Part shown: positions 23,038-37,607 of the stretch, piece after piece
Position numbering within the stretch: position 1 is the stretch's first letter
How the letters are laid out: every line of letters starts with the position of its first letter
Source of the DNA: Stylophora pistillata
Lineage: Eukaryota
Reading direction: 5' to 3'
Length of the DNA: 64,000 bases
NCBI RefSeq assembly: GCF_002571385.2
Contig: NW_019217786.1
Span: 1,782,284 to 1,846,283 of the forward strand
Position numbers and translations under genes: made by a program
The notes under the pieces: generated by a model
Databases searched by the model: none
What the model was told of the DNA's origin: nothing
The model's input: only the letters and a program-made list of their open reading frames with translations

Positions 23038-25413
23038 TTAAGGCCATGTGACAGCTACTTTCTCAAATTTTCTTTTTGTGCTTCCAGATTTACTATCATT
23101 GACATCTGAGCCAGAATCACCAGATGTTGAGGAGGCAGAAACTTCCTGCAAAGCAACAAATCAAACAGAAATTATACAATCTGCTTCAAAATTAAATCTT
23201 AGCTTTTATGTGGCACACTTTCATCCCCTAAAAACAGATTTTACTAATTACAGCTGTCATCTAAAATTTTAATTCTATCTCCTCAAAAGGCTAAAATTAA
23301 AAACTGCCAAATAAATAATTACCCCCTTAGGTTCAATAACTAATCATAAATGTCTAAAAAATAGGTAAAATGATATACTGAGAATTGCTGGTTATTTAAA
23401 TATGAAGAGTATAGTATGGAGGAAGATTGCTAAGCAATAAATTGTTTTCTAAATAGAATAAGAAAGAAGGTAAGTTTTGAGCCCAATGAAGAAATAGAGA
23501 GAGATTTTTTGTCTTGTCACAAGCATGGGACGAAGAAAAAATTTGGAGTCCCCATGAGGAATTGACCTCAGACCTTCGGATTCCACACTCTGATGCTCTA
23601 CCACTGAGCCGCAGAGACTCTATGGTGAGCATGGCTTGTAAAGAAGTTTTATTGAACTTTGAACTTTTGAAATTTGACCTTTTATTTATTTCACACTATT
23701 ACTGGAAGTTAATATTTATATGAAAAATAGGAGAGAGAGATAAGAATAAAAGTAATATTTGGCCATAAAGATAAGTTTGAGAGGTGCACGGTGTCCAAAG
23801 TAGCAAAAGCTTTCTAGTTGGACACTGTAATGGTCATATAAATAGATAGCAGCTTATAATAAAAGTAAATCAGCAGTAAAGTAAGTAAAATGATAGGTTT
23901 TGTTGAACTTCTTAAAAAAATTGAGGCAAAAACGACGAACGGTAAATACATGTCCTGCATACTGCTAGGATAGGCAATGTCAATAATTATATAAATTGCT
24001 TGCAATAAATCTTACGACAAGAACTCAATCACTTTGAGATAGGCTTAAAAAATCATTTAGAAATTCCTTGGCAAAATGGTTGCAATATATATTCTTTTAC
24101 CTTTTGTGCCCCTCCATTAAAACTTGAATTTGACTCATTCTTTGACTGTTGATGTTCAAATGATTTGTCAACATGAAGCCCTAAAGTTTTTCTGTTCAGT
24201 TTTACCACCTTTGGTTTGATTGATTTATTTTGTGCTCTTCCTTCATGATCAGAAGTAATGTCCATAGTTGGAGATGTTGTATGAATGGATACAGAGTTCA
24301 CTCCATTGCTAGTTGAGCCAAAAGATATTGGACTTCTGTTGATTTTAATACTGTTACTGTGCTCTGTTCTTGAGATCTTGATGGGTCTTGTGGTTAATTT
24401 TTCATGAGATTTTCTAAAATTTTGATTGAAAAGTACAATGATGTTAATTCATATCACTATATTTAAGAGGACACAACAATATTAAGTAGCTGAATTTATT
24501 TTTCAAAATTTATTTGTACACTTCTAACATAAAATACTGATGTCAAGAGGCTTTTTAGCTTGTTTACTGACCTTCCTTTCATCACCGTGAAGAAATTTAG
24601 GTTACCAATTTAATTCCTTTCCCAACTGAATTTACAAGAACTTGAAACTTTTTAATTGCCTAACTTCAACGATGTCTAGTTCCCTGACTAGGGACTTGTT
24701 AAGGTCCCTTTCAGTTTCTTCATCTCTTCATATTCTGTCCAAATTTGGTCGCTTACTTACTTACTTGATTATGTCACATATACACGTATGGGAAATGAAA
24801 AAAGACATGTAGACACACACACTTACTTCCGGGAAATAAATATTCCTTAGGATGATCTTTAGTAAAGATTTTATCAACAAACTAATGATGTAAATACTGA
24901 TTAGTATCAGGTTTGAGACAGACGAAAATCAAAACGATAACGCTTTAAAAAAAAAATAAAGATCCTTTCTACCTGCCATACATATTGCACGTTGCCTATC
25001 AAAATTTTTCGTTTTAGTCCATCCATCCCCCTGCAAGCACGTCAGATCAAAACAAGTGGACTCGATTTCAAGAGAGTTGCACCACACTAAGAATTGATTT
25101 GAAAATAATTATTTTGGTACAGAGCTTCTTACCTCTTCGTTGGTCGAATTATTGTCGACGTTTTCCCATTGGAAGCAACAGTTTGTTCACCACAAGGAAG
25201 CTGCCGTCTTCTTGCTCGACGAAGTTGATGAAGCCTTTGAGGTAAAGGGGTGACATATTTATAAAAGATCTGGACAAGATCACCTTTTTCTAAACATATA
25301 AGATCTTCACGAGGTATAGATCTATCGCACAAAATGTCTAAGAGTCGCTCTCGCGAAAGAACTTCTGGATGATCAAGTTCATTGCTTCCAGAAGGTCTCA
25401 TCGCGTCCGCCAT
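23038..25413 (-). CDS. C2orf49: Ashwin (tRNA-splicing ligase complex subunit, 233 aa)
   Basis: Exons 25413-25133, 24413-24101, 23145-23038. N-terminal HPEVLSRERLLDIL..KGDLVQIFYKYVTPLPQR and C-terminal KRKFEKVAVTWP* match the Ashwin family signatures. Confidence 0.9.
23450..23640 (-). mobile_element. tRNA-derived SINE in Ashwin intron 2
   Basis: Minus strand GGCTCAGTGGTAGAGCATC (A box) .. GGTCAATTCC (degenerate B box); a related fragment lies near 35860-35930. Confidence 0.7.
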
Positions 25414-25724
25414 AATTGAATTATAATCAACATATCTAAACTGATTTCTAATTGGTTTATTAGCCAACTCCTTGTGACCAATCAAAACCTAGTTTAAATG
25501 TCGCAACGCCTTAGTTATCGCGATGGTCATTGTTATGACAACTGTGACGTATTGTTCCCTCCAAACAGAATCATTGGCAACGCCATGTTGTTTAGGTGAT
25601 TTTGAAAACGAGAGAGATTTATTGATCGAGTTTTTAATATCGTAAGGTTATCTCGACCGATATTTCCGCTTCAAATTATTCCTGTTAGTTGAAATCGTTA
25701 ACCGAGTGTTAAAAACAGTACGAA
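25414..25724. promoter_or_regulatory. Bidirectional promoter region Ashwin/RSPH3 with X-box-like, CRE half-site and CCAAT motifs
   Basis: ATGs 311 bp apart, head-to-head; ATTGTTATGACAAC (25529-25542), TGACGT (25545-25550), TGGCAAC (25575-25581); CCAAT/ATTGG at 25451, 25479 and 25573. Confidence 0.7.
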
Positions 25725-28700
25725 ATGACGGCCGTTGTCGCTCAGAAAGGAGATGGCTCCAGAACGTACACATTTGCAAGTCAACCTCGACCTGTTCAAC
25801 AAAGAAAAAAATATCGGGATCCACTAACCCAAGAGTAAGTGCTGACGAATCCTTTTACTTGTGAAGTAGTTTACGTATTCTAGTTTCCAGCAAGTATATC
25901 TATCGCGAGACACAGATTATAAATAACAATCTTGTCCACCATACATCGATATGTAACAGTGAAAAATCGATTTCAATATCAAACTTCAATTTAATTCAAC
26001 ACGTCTTTTACCGAAAAAACTACTGTTTGCGATATCGACGTGTACCGCAAGATTGCGTGTATCATGTATAGAAAAACAGAGCTTTTCTTGGTATCGCCTC
26101 TTAAAATGTAATTCTTAAAAGGTTTAGCCGTAACGAAAGCAATCCATAAATAAACGCAGTATTCACTATTGCTCAGGTACTTTTTATATGTCACGTGTAT
26201 TAACTTGCCATAGTGTATTGTGATTTTTTATTTGTGAATTAGTTAGGGTGAACACTTGCATATTGAAATTTTAGAAGTAGCGATGACTTTGATTGTTGTA
26301 GTCAAATAGACTAAATTCTTTTGTCGCTTTTCAGAAATGAGAGTCCAACACCTTACGGAAATATCATGTACGATCGGAGAATTGTTAGGGGTAACACTTA
26401 TGCTCAAAAGACTCTACCAGCGGTAAGTTTTTTTGGAATGCAGTGAATCGTTAATATTTGCAGAAGTCTTTAGTTTTTTGTTGCTCCGTTGGATAGAAAC
26501 TTTAGAAATCTCAGGGGGGGAGGGGGGCAAAAACTATGACAAGATTTTCATATGACCCCATGCATTAATTATGTATAGAGTGTTGCAAAGAAACCTTTAT
26601 ATTTGGTGTTTATGATATGGAATGCATAATTAATGTATGGGGTTATATGGAAATCTTTCTAAAACCATTTAAACATACTTTAGATAACATACAAACCCAA
26701 AATAAAATTTTAATTTGTACACCCATGTTACCAACTCACTATGCTAATTCTACCTCTATTGATAATGAACTTGTTTCATCAAGATATCTGTTAAATTCTC
26801 TCTGCTGCACACAATAAAAGTCATCCTTAATTATCATTGTTGGTGCAAAAGTGGTAGTCAGTCAAAATTTGAAACGTGCATTTTGTGGTTTACAGACAGC
26901 ACAACCAGATCCCATAGAAATTCAGAGACAACAAGAAGCAAGGCGGAGAGCTATTGCCAGAAGACGTGCCAAGGCACAGTTGAAACCAAGATCACCAGAG
27001 CCTGTTGAAGGAAGGAAACATATTGATGTACAAACTGAGCTTTATTTGGAGGAATTGAGTGACAGAGTTGAAGAAGCTGATGTGGAAACACAGACTGATG
27101 CATTTCTTGACAGACCTCCTTCTCCTCTGTTTATACCTGCAAAAAGTGGTGTAGATGTCGCAACTCAAATTTTGGAAGGAGAAGTAGGTTTTCGCTATTT
27201 TGGTTACATTCTAGTTGTTGTCTAAGGGGTTTGATTTACCTTACACACACATGATAACTTCTATCATGATCAGTGCTTAGAAGAATCAGAGCATGTAATA
27301 TACAGTATACTTTACATGAAGTGGTGCATTTGAGATTGTACATTACTCCAAAAATTTTGTGTTTATTTAATGTTTGCTTCATGAGCAGATCACACTATTT
27401 TTGACTACAATTTAAAGGAGAAGTAAATGGCAGGGGAAATATCTACAAGGCAATATTTTTTCTTGCTGCCAGTAGAAATTTGTAATTAAAATTAAAAGGT
27501 TTCAGTACACCTGTTGCTGAGAGCACTTTGTCTTTGAATTTTCAACTCATTCTAGAATATTGTTTTTTTGTTTCTACAGTTGTTCGATTTTGACATCGAG
27601 GTAAAACCAATCCTAGAGGTGCTTGTTGGTAAAACAGTCGAACAGGCTCTTCTAGAAGTGATGGAGGAGGAAGAACTCTCAAATCTTCGAGCCCAACAGA
27701 GGCGGTTCAAGGAACTCAGAAATGCTGAACTCGTTGAGACACAAAGATTAGAAGAACAAGAAAGACGGCACAGAGAAGAGAAAGAGCGGAGAATGAAACA
27801 ACAGGCTGAAGTATTAAGAAAAGAAAGAGAAACTGGTCAAAAAATATCAGCACGTGCCTTTGCTCAGGTGAGTAAAATTTGGGAACTTCACCATTTTGTT
27901 ACTTATAGTCAGTCTTTCTTTGATAAAGCAGAACAAGAATTTTCCAGGCCTGAACTTAATATTTAAAACTTGATGTTGTTTTTAACAAGAACTGAATCCT
28001 AACCGGCAACCCTTTGGTATTTTGGTATTTGCTTTCTTCAATACCATCAATTCAGTTCTTAGCATAGTTATGAATTTCTTTGAATAATCAAGCCGCTTTA
28101 AAGTATGATCTGAAATGTGCCTACTAAATTAAGTCATATCTCATCTGAATACGAAATGTTTTGTTTTCTAACATACAGAGTTACCTTGCGGATCTAGTAC
28201 CTTCTGTGTTTGGTTCACTCAATGAAAATGGATATTTCTACGATCCAGTGGAAAGAGGTAAAGTAAAAAAAAAGAACTTTGGTTACCTCTTTTGTCATTA
28301 TCATTGGTTGTAAGGCCATTTGTCTTTGGTTGCTGTTCAAAAGGTGCAAGTGATATTTTCAGTAAAGAAATATTTTACCTTTACAGATGTAGAAACATAC
28401 TTTATGCCATGGTTGTTGGAAAAAGTTGAGGGTGAATTAAATCAAAGTGTTGTCGCAAGAACTGTCCTTGATGGTAAGTACTGATGGATCTTTATCATTT
28501 ACAATAAATAGTACTGGTGTTTCTAACTTTGCTTGGACAACAGTATCGTCAAACAGTTTAAAATAACTCTTACCATTGAGTAACTTTAATTTTATCCGAT
28601 TTTTGACCAGCAGTATGGGAATGAATAGAAGTTGAGTGGAGATCATTAGTAATTGTGTTGCTGAAATTTAAAATACATGACATGTGAAGAAAGATTTCAC

Positions 28701-29181
28701 AGCAAAATTTCAGTAAAAGCAAATGATTATAATTAGATTAGAATTAGAAGTTCTTTGTCAAGACATAGAAGAAAGCATTTCAAAAAGGTATTAATTGATT
28801 CTTATACTGTCCTATTTTCACTTTCTAGCAATCATTCGAGATGTTGTCAAAAAGCGCTTTGAAGTATATTATAAGCTTGAGGAGACAGGAAGGTTAGCTG
28901 TAGAGCAAGAGGCAGCAGCCAGGGCAGCAGAAGAAAGAAAAAAAGCTGAAGAGATTGCAGCCAAAGCAGTAACAGAGGCTAAGGCAGAGGAAGCAGGAGA
29001 ACAGGGTGACAAGGATGGTGCAGCAGAAGGTGATGGGAGAGAAACAGCTGATAAACCTGAGGAGGATAGTGTTGCTGGAGAGGATGCGGGCAGTGAACAA
29101 GCTCCCACTGCTGACACACCAGCTGAATCAGTGCCAAAAGATTCTGAACCTGCAGAAGATGCTGCCGCTGAACAAGATTAA
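25725..29181 (+). CDS. RSPH3: Radial spoke head protein 3 homolog
   Basis: Exons 25725-25834, 26335-26422, 26896-27183, 27580-27867, 28179-28257, 28387-28473, 28829-29181. YGNIMYDRRIVRGNTYA, GRKHIDVQTELYLEEL, FLDRPPSPLFIPAKSGVDVATQI, LFDFDIEVKPILEVLVGKTVEQALLEVMEEEEL. Confidence 0.97.
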
Positions 29182-31899
29182 ATCTCATTACTGACTGTTC
29201 TCAATAATTTGGTCTTTGAAGTTCATCTGCCTCTTGTTAATTTTTGAACATTTCAAATGAGAAACTGGTGTTCTTTTATGAAGAGAATTTCAAATACATG
29301 TATATAAACTCTTTTCGTATTTACAAGGTGTTTTGGTACTTTGATAGCCTTTTTTTCTGAAAAGAAACTGTTCTAAGGATAATTACTTTCATAGAGAAAA
29401 CCACAGCAACTTGTTATGTATATATTAGATCTTACTATTATTCAGTTAATGTTTGAGGGAATGAATGATATGCTTAATATGCAATTAAAAAAAGTAACAT
29501 TACTGCAAGTTATTCTTGTGACTTGGTTATGCCTTACCATATTTTCTGTAGTTGCAAAACATATATAAAGATGAGCCATTCTATTTCAATCCAAGAAAGC
29601 CCATTTTTTAAAGGTTACTTAATTCAAATCATTCTATGATTTTTATATTAATTGCTTGGATGTCTGGAATACAGCTCTAAGTTTCTTTTGATGTGACATT
29701 GATATGACATATCCCCTTGTGACATCCCATTGTCACAAGGGGATACAAAAAATTATCAAAAGTCACTAAGGCTTTTTTCTCTATGCATCCTTTCAAGTGA
29801 CTGAAATAGTTCTTTCCAAAATGTTTGCTTTTAAAGCCTTCTGATAATTTCCAGCCTAGAGGAAACTCTTCAGCAGAACTTTACTATTGATTTTTGATTC
29901 ACTCCTGTGGATGACAGGGCTTCGTTAAGGTAAAGATCAGCCAGGGATTAAGCATCCAGAGTTACTTGCACTAGATTATGTGATTTGTGGTGTCCATGGT
30001 TAATCTTGGTGGGCTGAAACTATAATGTAATTAACAAGATAGAGTTAGTGTCTACAACATTTTCCTCAGTTTGCTTTGCTACATTTCCTCGATGACCCAC
30101 AAAATTTCAATAAAAAATGTTATGAGAGAATCTTTCTTTTTAAACCCTTGTCACCTGACCTATTTTCCCGCTTCACAAAGTCGAGGCAATTACCTAAATA
30201 CCAACGATAACGAATATTTTTTATGAAAAAATGTTTACACGACCGAAAATGCAAATAAATTTTTATGTAAAACCTTGAGTCAGGAGACAATATGAAAACA
30301 TTTTGAAGAACTAATATACAACACTGAATTAATTTCAATCACCAGTTTCCATCCATTTATCAGGATGGTATATTTATTAAACAACTTGATCCTATCAATA
30401 ATTACTATTTAATATTTGCTAATTTTCCATTTCTAAGTAGCCTGCCGCACAGTCACTCTTTAGGAAGCCAACACTCGTGTGTAGTTAGGACCAAAGAGTG
30501 TCTAAGTGGAAAGGCTACTTTCAAGGTAGGTGTAGTATAATTTGAAAATATTTGAATAATATTCGAATTAATTAATAAATATTTTTGAATTTGTGAGATG
30601 ACTTTACTTTTGGATGAGTTACAGATGAAAGAAAGGTATCAAGGCTGACCTGTTATACACTGAAACTCAGGTTGATAAGACAAGTTAAGGGCTTGATCAC
30701 ATGTAGCTGAGTAAATTATGTAGTGGTATTTCATAATGACAAAGATTCTGACAATTGAGACACTGAAACCTTTTGTTGAGATTACAAGAAGAAAAGAAAA
30801 AGGTACAAAGCAGACTAGCTTTGTTAATTTTTTTTTGTTATTAGTATCCAAATTGTATCCAAAGCAAATGACTAAATTTCATTTTATTGATCAAGTCTGA
30901 CCCCCAATATTGATGGTACATCATATACCTTCACTTTTAGACTTCACATCTCTTAATATACCCAGCTTAAATTATCTGTGAAATATCACCCAAGTTTGAA
31001 CCCTGCATTAGAAATTATGAACATTCAAGGTACTCCCCAACACAGAATTCCGAGTGGAAGAAATGTTGATCTCTGACAGAAGTAGAGACAAATTTGCCAG
31101 TTGAAGACTCTACAAAGGAGAACTCTAGATTTTTAACCATCTGCATAGTACACATTTTCAATCAGAAAGCCTTTATACACATTTAGCCCACCAGGTGGTA
31201 CGTAAATATGCTCAAATGTCAAATGACTGGTACAGCCCCACTCAGGCAATCCTGTGGAAAACCATAAGGACTACTGATGAGTGAATATCTGAACAGTTTC
31301 AGGAGTGCCATGACAAAAAAGGCCAACTAGTCCCTGCACTTTCACAAATCTGATACATTTTCCAAGAACATAATGTAAAAGGTGGAGTTAACCTTAAAAG
31401 AAAAAAGTCTAAAATGAGAAGATAGATTGCATTTTTCAATGAAATCTGACTCCAAGAGATAAACCTCTTTTGTAGCCATCCAGCATGTGCCCATCTTACA
31501 TAAATTAATGTAACCTTCAAACATGATTTCAAAATTTTTGAAAAACTTGGTGTTCATATGATGAAATAGCTAATGAATGAATCTGGTTGGGCCACATGAG
31601 GAAATTTTTGGCACTCAGTCATGATACAAAGACTTCTTGATCTCAAGCCAAATACTTTCCTGTCTGGCCCTTCAGTGAGTTAACAAGTGCATAATATTTC
31701 TCCTCAGGTAATCATCTTATCTGTTTTTTTTTTTTTCAAAGTTCTTTTCCAGTTCTTTAACTCTCAGAAAGACAGTTTCCCTTCAGATGTCCATTGTCAA
31801 GCAATTATTTCTATGAAACATGAAGACTGTTCTTGACAAATCTTCTGGCAACTGTCTTGTACACAGATGAATGGAGAAATGAAAATTGCTTTTCACTGT

Positions 31900-34800
31900 C
31901 TATGCACTTCCTAATGTCCACAAAGCCAGTGTTATGTTGGCTGCCAGCAACAGAGTTCCTAGCGTGAGAATGATATTACACAACATGTTCCTCTGATCTT
32001 CATTTGGTATAAATGATGTAAGTGTGTGGTCCACAAGAGCAAATAATGCCCACTGACCATCCAGTGAATAACAAGGAACCATGTTAAGCAATGCTAAAGC
32101 ACCAGATAAAGAAACCAAATATCTTCATGAAGTCAAGGAAACACTCTTGTTGCATCATGCATATTATACAGAACAGCGACAAATTCAGAGCTGAAAACAA
32201 TAAATTGACAGTAATACTAACAACTGCATTTCAGTACAAACTAAATTTCATGAAACTGAGTGATTACTGAGTTCTGTGCCACTCCTGGCAAGAGAAGAAA
32301 CTGCAATAAGATCACCTCCCAGAACATCAACTTTTGTGTTCTGGACATGTACTGTAATTTTACTTCAATAGATACAATTTTCCAAGAAAATAAATCCAGT
32401 TAAATAAAACCTCTTTTTGCACTAAACAAATTAGCAAAAGGTTTTTGTATTATTTGAGAAACAGATATGAAAACATTGAGAATGAAGCCCTACTAAAAGT
32501 TTTTGGGGTGTTTCAGTATTCAGTGGGTTTCTAATCACCTTTCTCTATCTATTCTCAGAATCTTTAAATTTGAGACTTCTCTGACTACTTTTTCTACAGA
32601 CATGCTTCTTCACCTTGGAAGCCGTTAAATGTTGGAACAGTTCACCCAATCATGCACAAAAAAGCCATATTACAATTTTGAGTGATATGTTGAAAAGGAT
32701 ACATTAAAAACATCTCTAGCATGTTTGGAATTTCCATGGGTAGAAGATAACTTCGAGGTAGATAATTGATCACTCCAACTGAAAGTAAATAAGACAAAAC
32801 CTCAGAATAAGTACTCTTTCATGCCCTAAGCTAAGGCTACAAAATATCAGCTTTAGAAACTCTTTATGGCTGTCAATTTACTTCATAAACTCAGTTGATA
32901 GAACCAAACATAGTTAGTAGAGGAGACTATGAACCAAATAATCTTGTAATATCCCCCACCAATTCAGCATCGCAGTTTCTTTGGAAATCAACCCCCTTTT
33001 TTTGCCAGATAACCATCTACAAGGGGGGCATGGCGGTCTATTAGAAACCACAAAACTGTAGAAAAATCATCCAAAACTGCAAAGCCACAAAAAAATTGGA
33101 TCAAAATGGAAAACTGTATGCAAAACCAATAAATTTTCACATCCCAGTTATCAAATCCCTAATCAATGTGATGGGGTGGTGACAAGTAGAGCCTACAGAG
33201 TAAACTAGAATAATTAAAATTAAGTATTTGTAAATGATATGGACTTGGCTGAAACTCTTGCATTAGTGGAGGTAGATCACAGAGAAACTGAAACCCAAAT
33301 AGGTAAAACCAAAAACCACATTGAATACCAAATCCAAAAATTGTATTTGACAAAAACCAAATGCCAAAAAACAGAAAATCCGCAAACTGCAAAGAACACC
33401 AAAACCCAAAAACCAAAAAAACCAATCAAAAAAATGGCAAAAACCACAAAACTGAAAATCCCAATACTCCTGTCATCGACCAAAATAATTCATTGACTTG
33501 TCTGATTGATGTAATCAAAACCTGGAATGAAAGTTAATAAAAGTGCAAATTTATCATGTACTTCTCAAAGATGCTCTTTATTAATGAAATGCTTCCTTTA
33601 CATTACTTGTGTACTGAAGGAGTAAAGGGTCACCAACATACAGCACATCTGCACCCTTGCTTCGTATGATTCTCAAAAGACGACTGGAGTTATCCAGAGA
33701 TGGATGAGCACAAACTTTATCACCTGTTATATTGATGAAGTTTCAAAATAAATACCAGTAGCAATAATTTGACTTCACTAAAATGACTCTTTCATTACAC
33801 CTATACCGCATGTGTGCAAATCAAGAAGGCATATCAAATGTAAAGCGTTCAATTTCATGATTTCATTAAAATGATGACATAATTGATTCTCCTTAGTTTG
33901 CAGAATTCTTTGTTCTCCTTGTTTCTAATTGATAATTAATTGGTAATAGGAAGTTATTGATTTCAAGGTCAGCTAAGCCTTGACACAAACCTGGCCCATC
34001 ACAGTCTGTTGGTAGGCTGCAAAGTTGTCTGGATTGCATTGTGCTTCTTGCTGGGAGACATGCATGACCCTGTGATGTAATGAAGCAGAACTGTATGACT
34101 CAGACCAGTGTTACTCTTAGAAAGATTCAGAGAAAAAGAGGAAATGAGGCAAAGAGTGGCAGATCAAAGAACCTGTAGCATTGATGCAAAGGAAAGCAAG
34201 CTAAGATAGAATCTGAAGGATGGAAGGATGGAGGGAGTGAGAGAGGAACAAAGAAAAAAAGAAATGGAGAAACATAAAATGAAAATAAAAAAGGAAGGAA
34301 AGGAGAGAAGGTGATGCAAAGAGGGAGAAAGAGAGCAACACCTGGATGGAAGAGAAAGGAAAAGAAAGCAAGGAAAGGCAGGATTTGATTTACCTTTGAG
34401 TGGCTCAGAGACTGATAATTAAAACAGAACCTTGATGATGTTGAATTCTGACAGCAGTCATAGACTCCTCCACTGAATATTGCACCTTATAATATATCAA
34501 GCAAAGTACAAAGTTCCAGTGTTAGAGTGCAGAGTTGCTAACCAGCAAAAAGTTTTTTTTTTATGAATTAGGAAACTACTATCTGGCCTAACTACCTGGG
34601 ATACTCTGCAGCTAGCACTGCTCCTTTAACTCATGGAATTAGGGGTAAAAAATTGTAATCAGCAAAAGAAAATACTGAAAATGATCAAAACTACAGAGCA
34701 GACCTAAAGTCAGTTTAACTCTCTCCTTCCCCATGATTTTTTCAGTATTTTTTGTGTCATGGATGCCTCTCCACTCAGGGAGAGAATGACCACCAGGGTA

Positions 34801-37575
34801 CCCAATGAGCTGCCTNNNNNNNNNNNNNNNNNNNNNNNNNNNNNNNNNNNNNNNNNNNNNNNNNNNNNNNNNNNNNNNNNNNNNNNNNNNNNNNNNNNNN
34901 NNNNNNNNNNNNNNNNNNNNNNNNNNNNNNNNNNNNNNNNNNNNNNNNNNNNNNNNNNNNNNNNNNNNNNNNNNNNNNNNNNNNNNNNNNNNNNNNNNNN
35001 NNNNNNNNNNNNNNNNNNNNNNNNNNNNNNNNNNNNNNNNNNNNNNNNNNNNNNNNNNNNNNNNNNNNNNNNNNNNNNNNNNNNNNNNNNNNNNNNNNNN
35101 NNNNNNNNNNNNNNNNNNNNNNNNNNNNNNNNNNNNNNNNNNNNNNNNNNNNNNNNNNNNNNNNNNNNNNNNNNNNNNNNNNNNNNNNNNNNNNNNNNNN
35201 NNNNNNNAACTTTTAGAACTTTTAGAACTTTTAGAACTTTTAGAACTTTTAGAACTTTTAGAACTTTTAGAACTTTTAGAACTTTTAGAACTTTTAGAAC
35301 TTTTAGAACTTTTAGAACTTTTAGAACTTTCGGAACTTTTAGAACTTTTAAACTTTTAGAACTTTTAGAACTTTTAGGACTTTTAGAACTTTTGGGGGAA
35401 GGGGGAGGGGCCAAGGGAGGGAAACCTAGAACATGCATTCCAAGGGGAGTAACTGTAACACTTCAAGATCTTTGTACCTTTAGAAGAGTTCTTCCTGATG
35501 ATGGTCAGCATATCTGTGCAGTAACCATGTTGGGGTGACCTGAGTGTTTTACTTATGCAACTGTTCCAATCCTCTTTGTTATACACCTGACATCCATATA
35601 GTGACAAGACAGTGTCACCACGTGTTATACTACCATGCACTGGGGATTCCTAAAGGAGAAAAAAATTAAAAAAAATTATTTTGTGGCCAATCCACCTTGG
35701 CTATCAAAAATTACATTACACTTTGGTGTCACACACACATGCATTCTGATGCGCCTAGTTCACCTCAGTGTAACATGTCTAAATAAAGTATTGTTGTTGT
35801 TGTTGTTGTTATAATTGTGTTGTTAAAACAAGTAAAAAATAGAGTATGATGAAAATAAAGATGTTTTTTCTATCTTGTCCTAAGGCTGAAAGAAAGAAAC
35901 AAATTCTGAGTCCCCATTAAGATTCCCAACTCAATCTCTGTAACACAAGGGCTTTTGTTTGCTTATACTTACTTTTAAAACATTCAATACCACAGCACCC
36001 TGACCAGTTGCATAAATGGGAACCAACAAAGAAGGTAGAGACCACAGTAACACCAGACCTATTATCACAAGCACAGAATTATGCCAAACGCCAGCACAAT
36101 AGATCCTCAGTTGACGCAATGGAGAGATGACAGTCAAATGTTCAGTGTACAGATCTACAAAGGCACCAGGGTAAACAGCCATGAAGAACATTCCAAATCC
36201 ATTCACACGCACTTGTTCCCTGCAGGAGAGGTGAGCGAAATGTTTTGTTTACAAGAATGATAGAAAATGGGAGTTGAAGGGTTTAAAATTAAAAGATACA
36301 CAAAATGCACAGGGCAAAGTATTGGAAAGTGTGGCCCTGCCACACTGTACAATGGGTCTCCCTAAAAAGTTATCGTGGGATTTGCCACTTGAGCTTCAGC
36401 GCCAACAAGAGCCTGTTTGCTGGCAAAAGAACTGTGGGCTACACACCTGACAGCAGAAATAGCATGTCCAAATTCATGGAAAACACCACTGACTGTCAAT
36501 GTGACGAGATAGTACAACACTTGACTCCAAGGTACATTCACTCCTGGCATCTATGAAATACGTAAAAATACCATCAGATGCAAACATCGCCCATGTCCCT
36601 ATTTTGCCTCCCATTTGGGGTAGGAGACATTAATTTCCCACACAAGAGATTACTGTGTGATGGATGTCCCTCCACTGGGTTGGGATGGGTGGGAAGGTGG
36701 ACTAGCTCGAATGGTTCGTATGTTCCCTTCTAGTCCTTCCCCACTGCAAAATTGATGCAGTGAAAATGGAATAAATTAAAATTAAAAATAAATTAAATAA
36801 ATAAAATTAAAATTAAATCAAATTATTTAGCCATTTGAAATGTGATGACTGAAATATTTAACCATTCACTCCCAGGAGCATAATTTCTCCTTACAATATC
36901 AATGCAACATGAACCCTTTAATACCCAGAAGTGATTAACATGTAACTTCTCCCTATAATATTCATACATTATCCAGCAGACAGGTAATGAGAATACTTAA
37001 AGTTATCAAGTAGAAGTTGTTATCTTGATCTAACACCAAATTCTTGCAACTAATTAACAGCAAAATGTACGGCAGCTAGAGGGGAGAATTAACAATCAGA
37101 TCTCTCGAGTTAAAGAGTTAAGCAGCCAAGTAATGAGAATAGCAAAAAAAAGTAACTAAAGGAAGGTATAAATCATTTGATCCAACACCAAATTCTCAGA
37201 ACAAACTTTATAAGTAATGTATGGCTGACAGTAAAGAGAATTTCCATCCAGGTGTTAGGAGTACAAGCCTAGAGTTAGATTGTACTCTGAGGAAGACTTC
37301 TGCTCAGTTTATCAAAATGTTAGTTAATCTCAATGCTAGTAGCCCTTTTCAAACTTCTCTAGCCTATACAATCACACTACACAATCAGCTATAATTTTTT
37401 CTTGAACAAAAGCTCATCTTTCAAACCGGCAGTCTACAACCCACAGGTATCAACAAACGCTTTTCATTCCACTAATTTATTTGTGTTTTTCTCGTTGCCA
37501 TGTTCCCACCAATCACGTAGCTCCTTTTTCTGCCTTTAAAAGCACACACAACTCACAATTCCCCCTATTCACTCC

Positions 37576-37607
<32 letters not shown>

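Noticed and set aside
28869-29188. Antisense and alternate-frame ORFs over the RSPH3 last exon (likewise 44763-45113 and 46321-46521 over ERM)
   Set aside because: Shadow ORFs of real coding exons.
34130-34385. Purine-rich GA tract
   Set aside because: Low-complexity intronic sequence with no defined unit.
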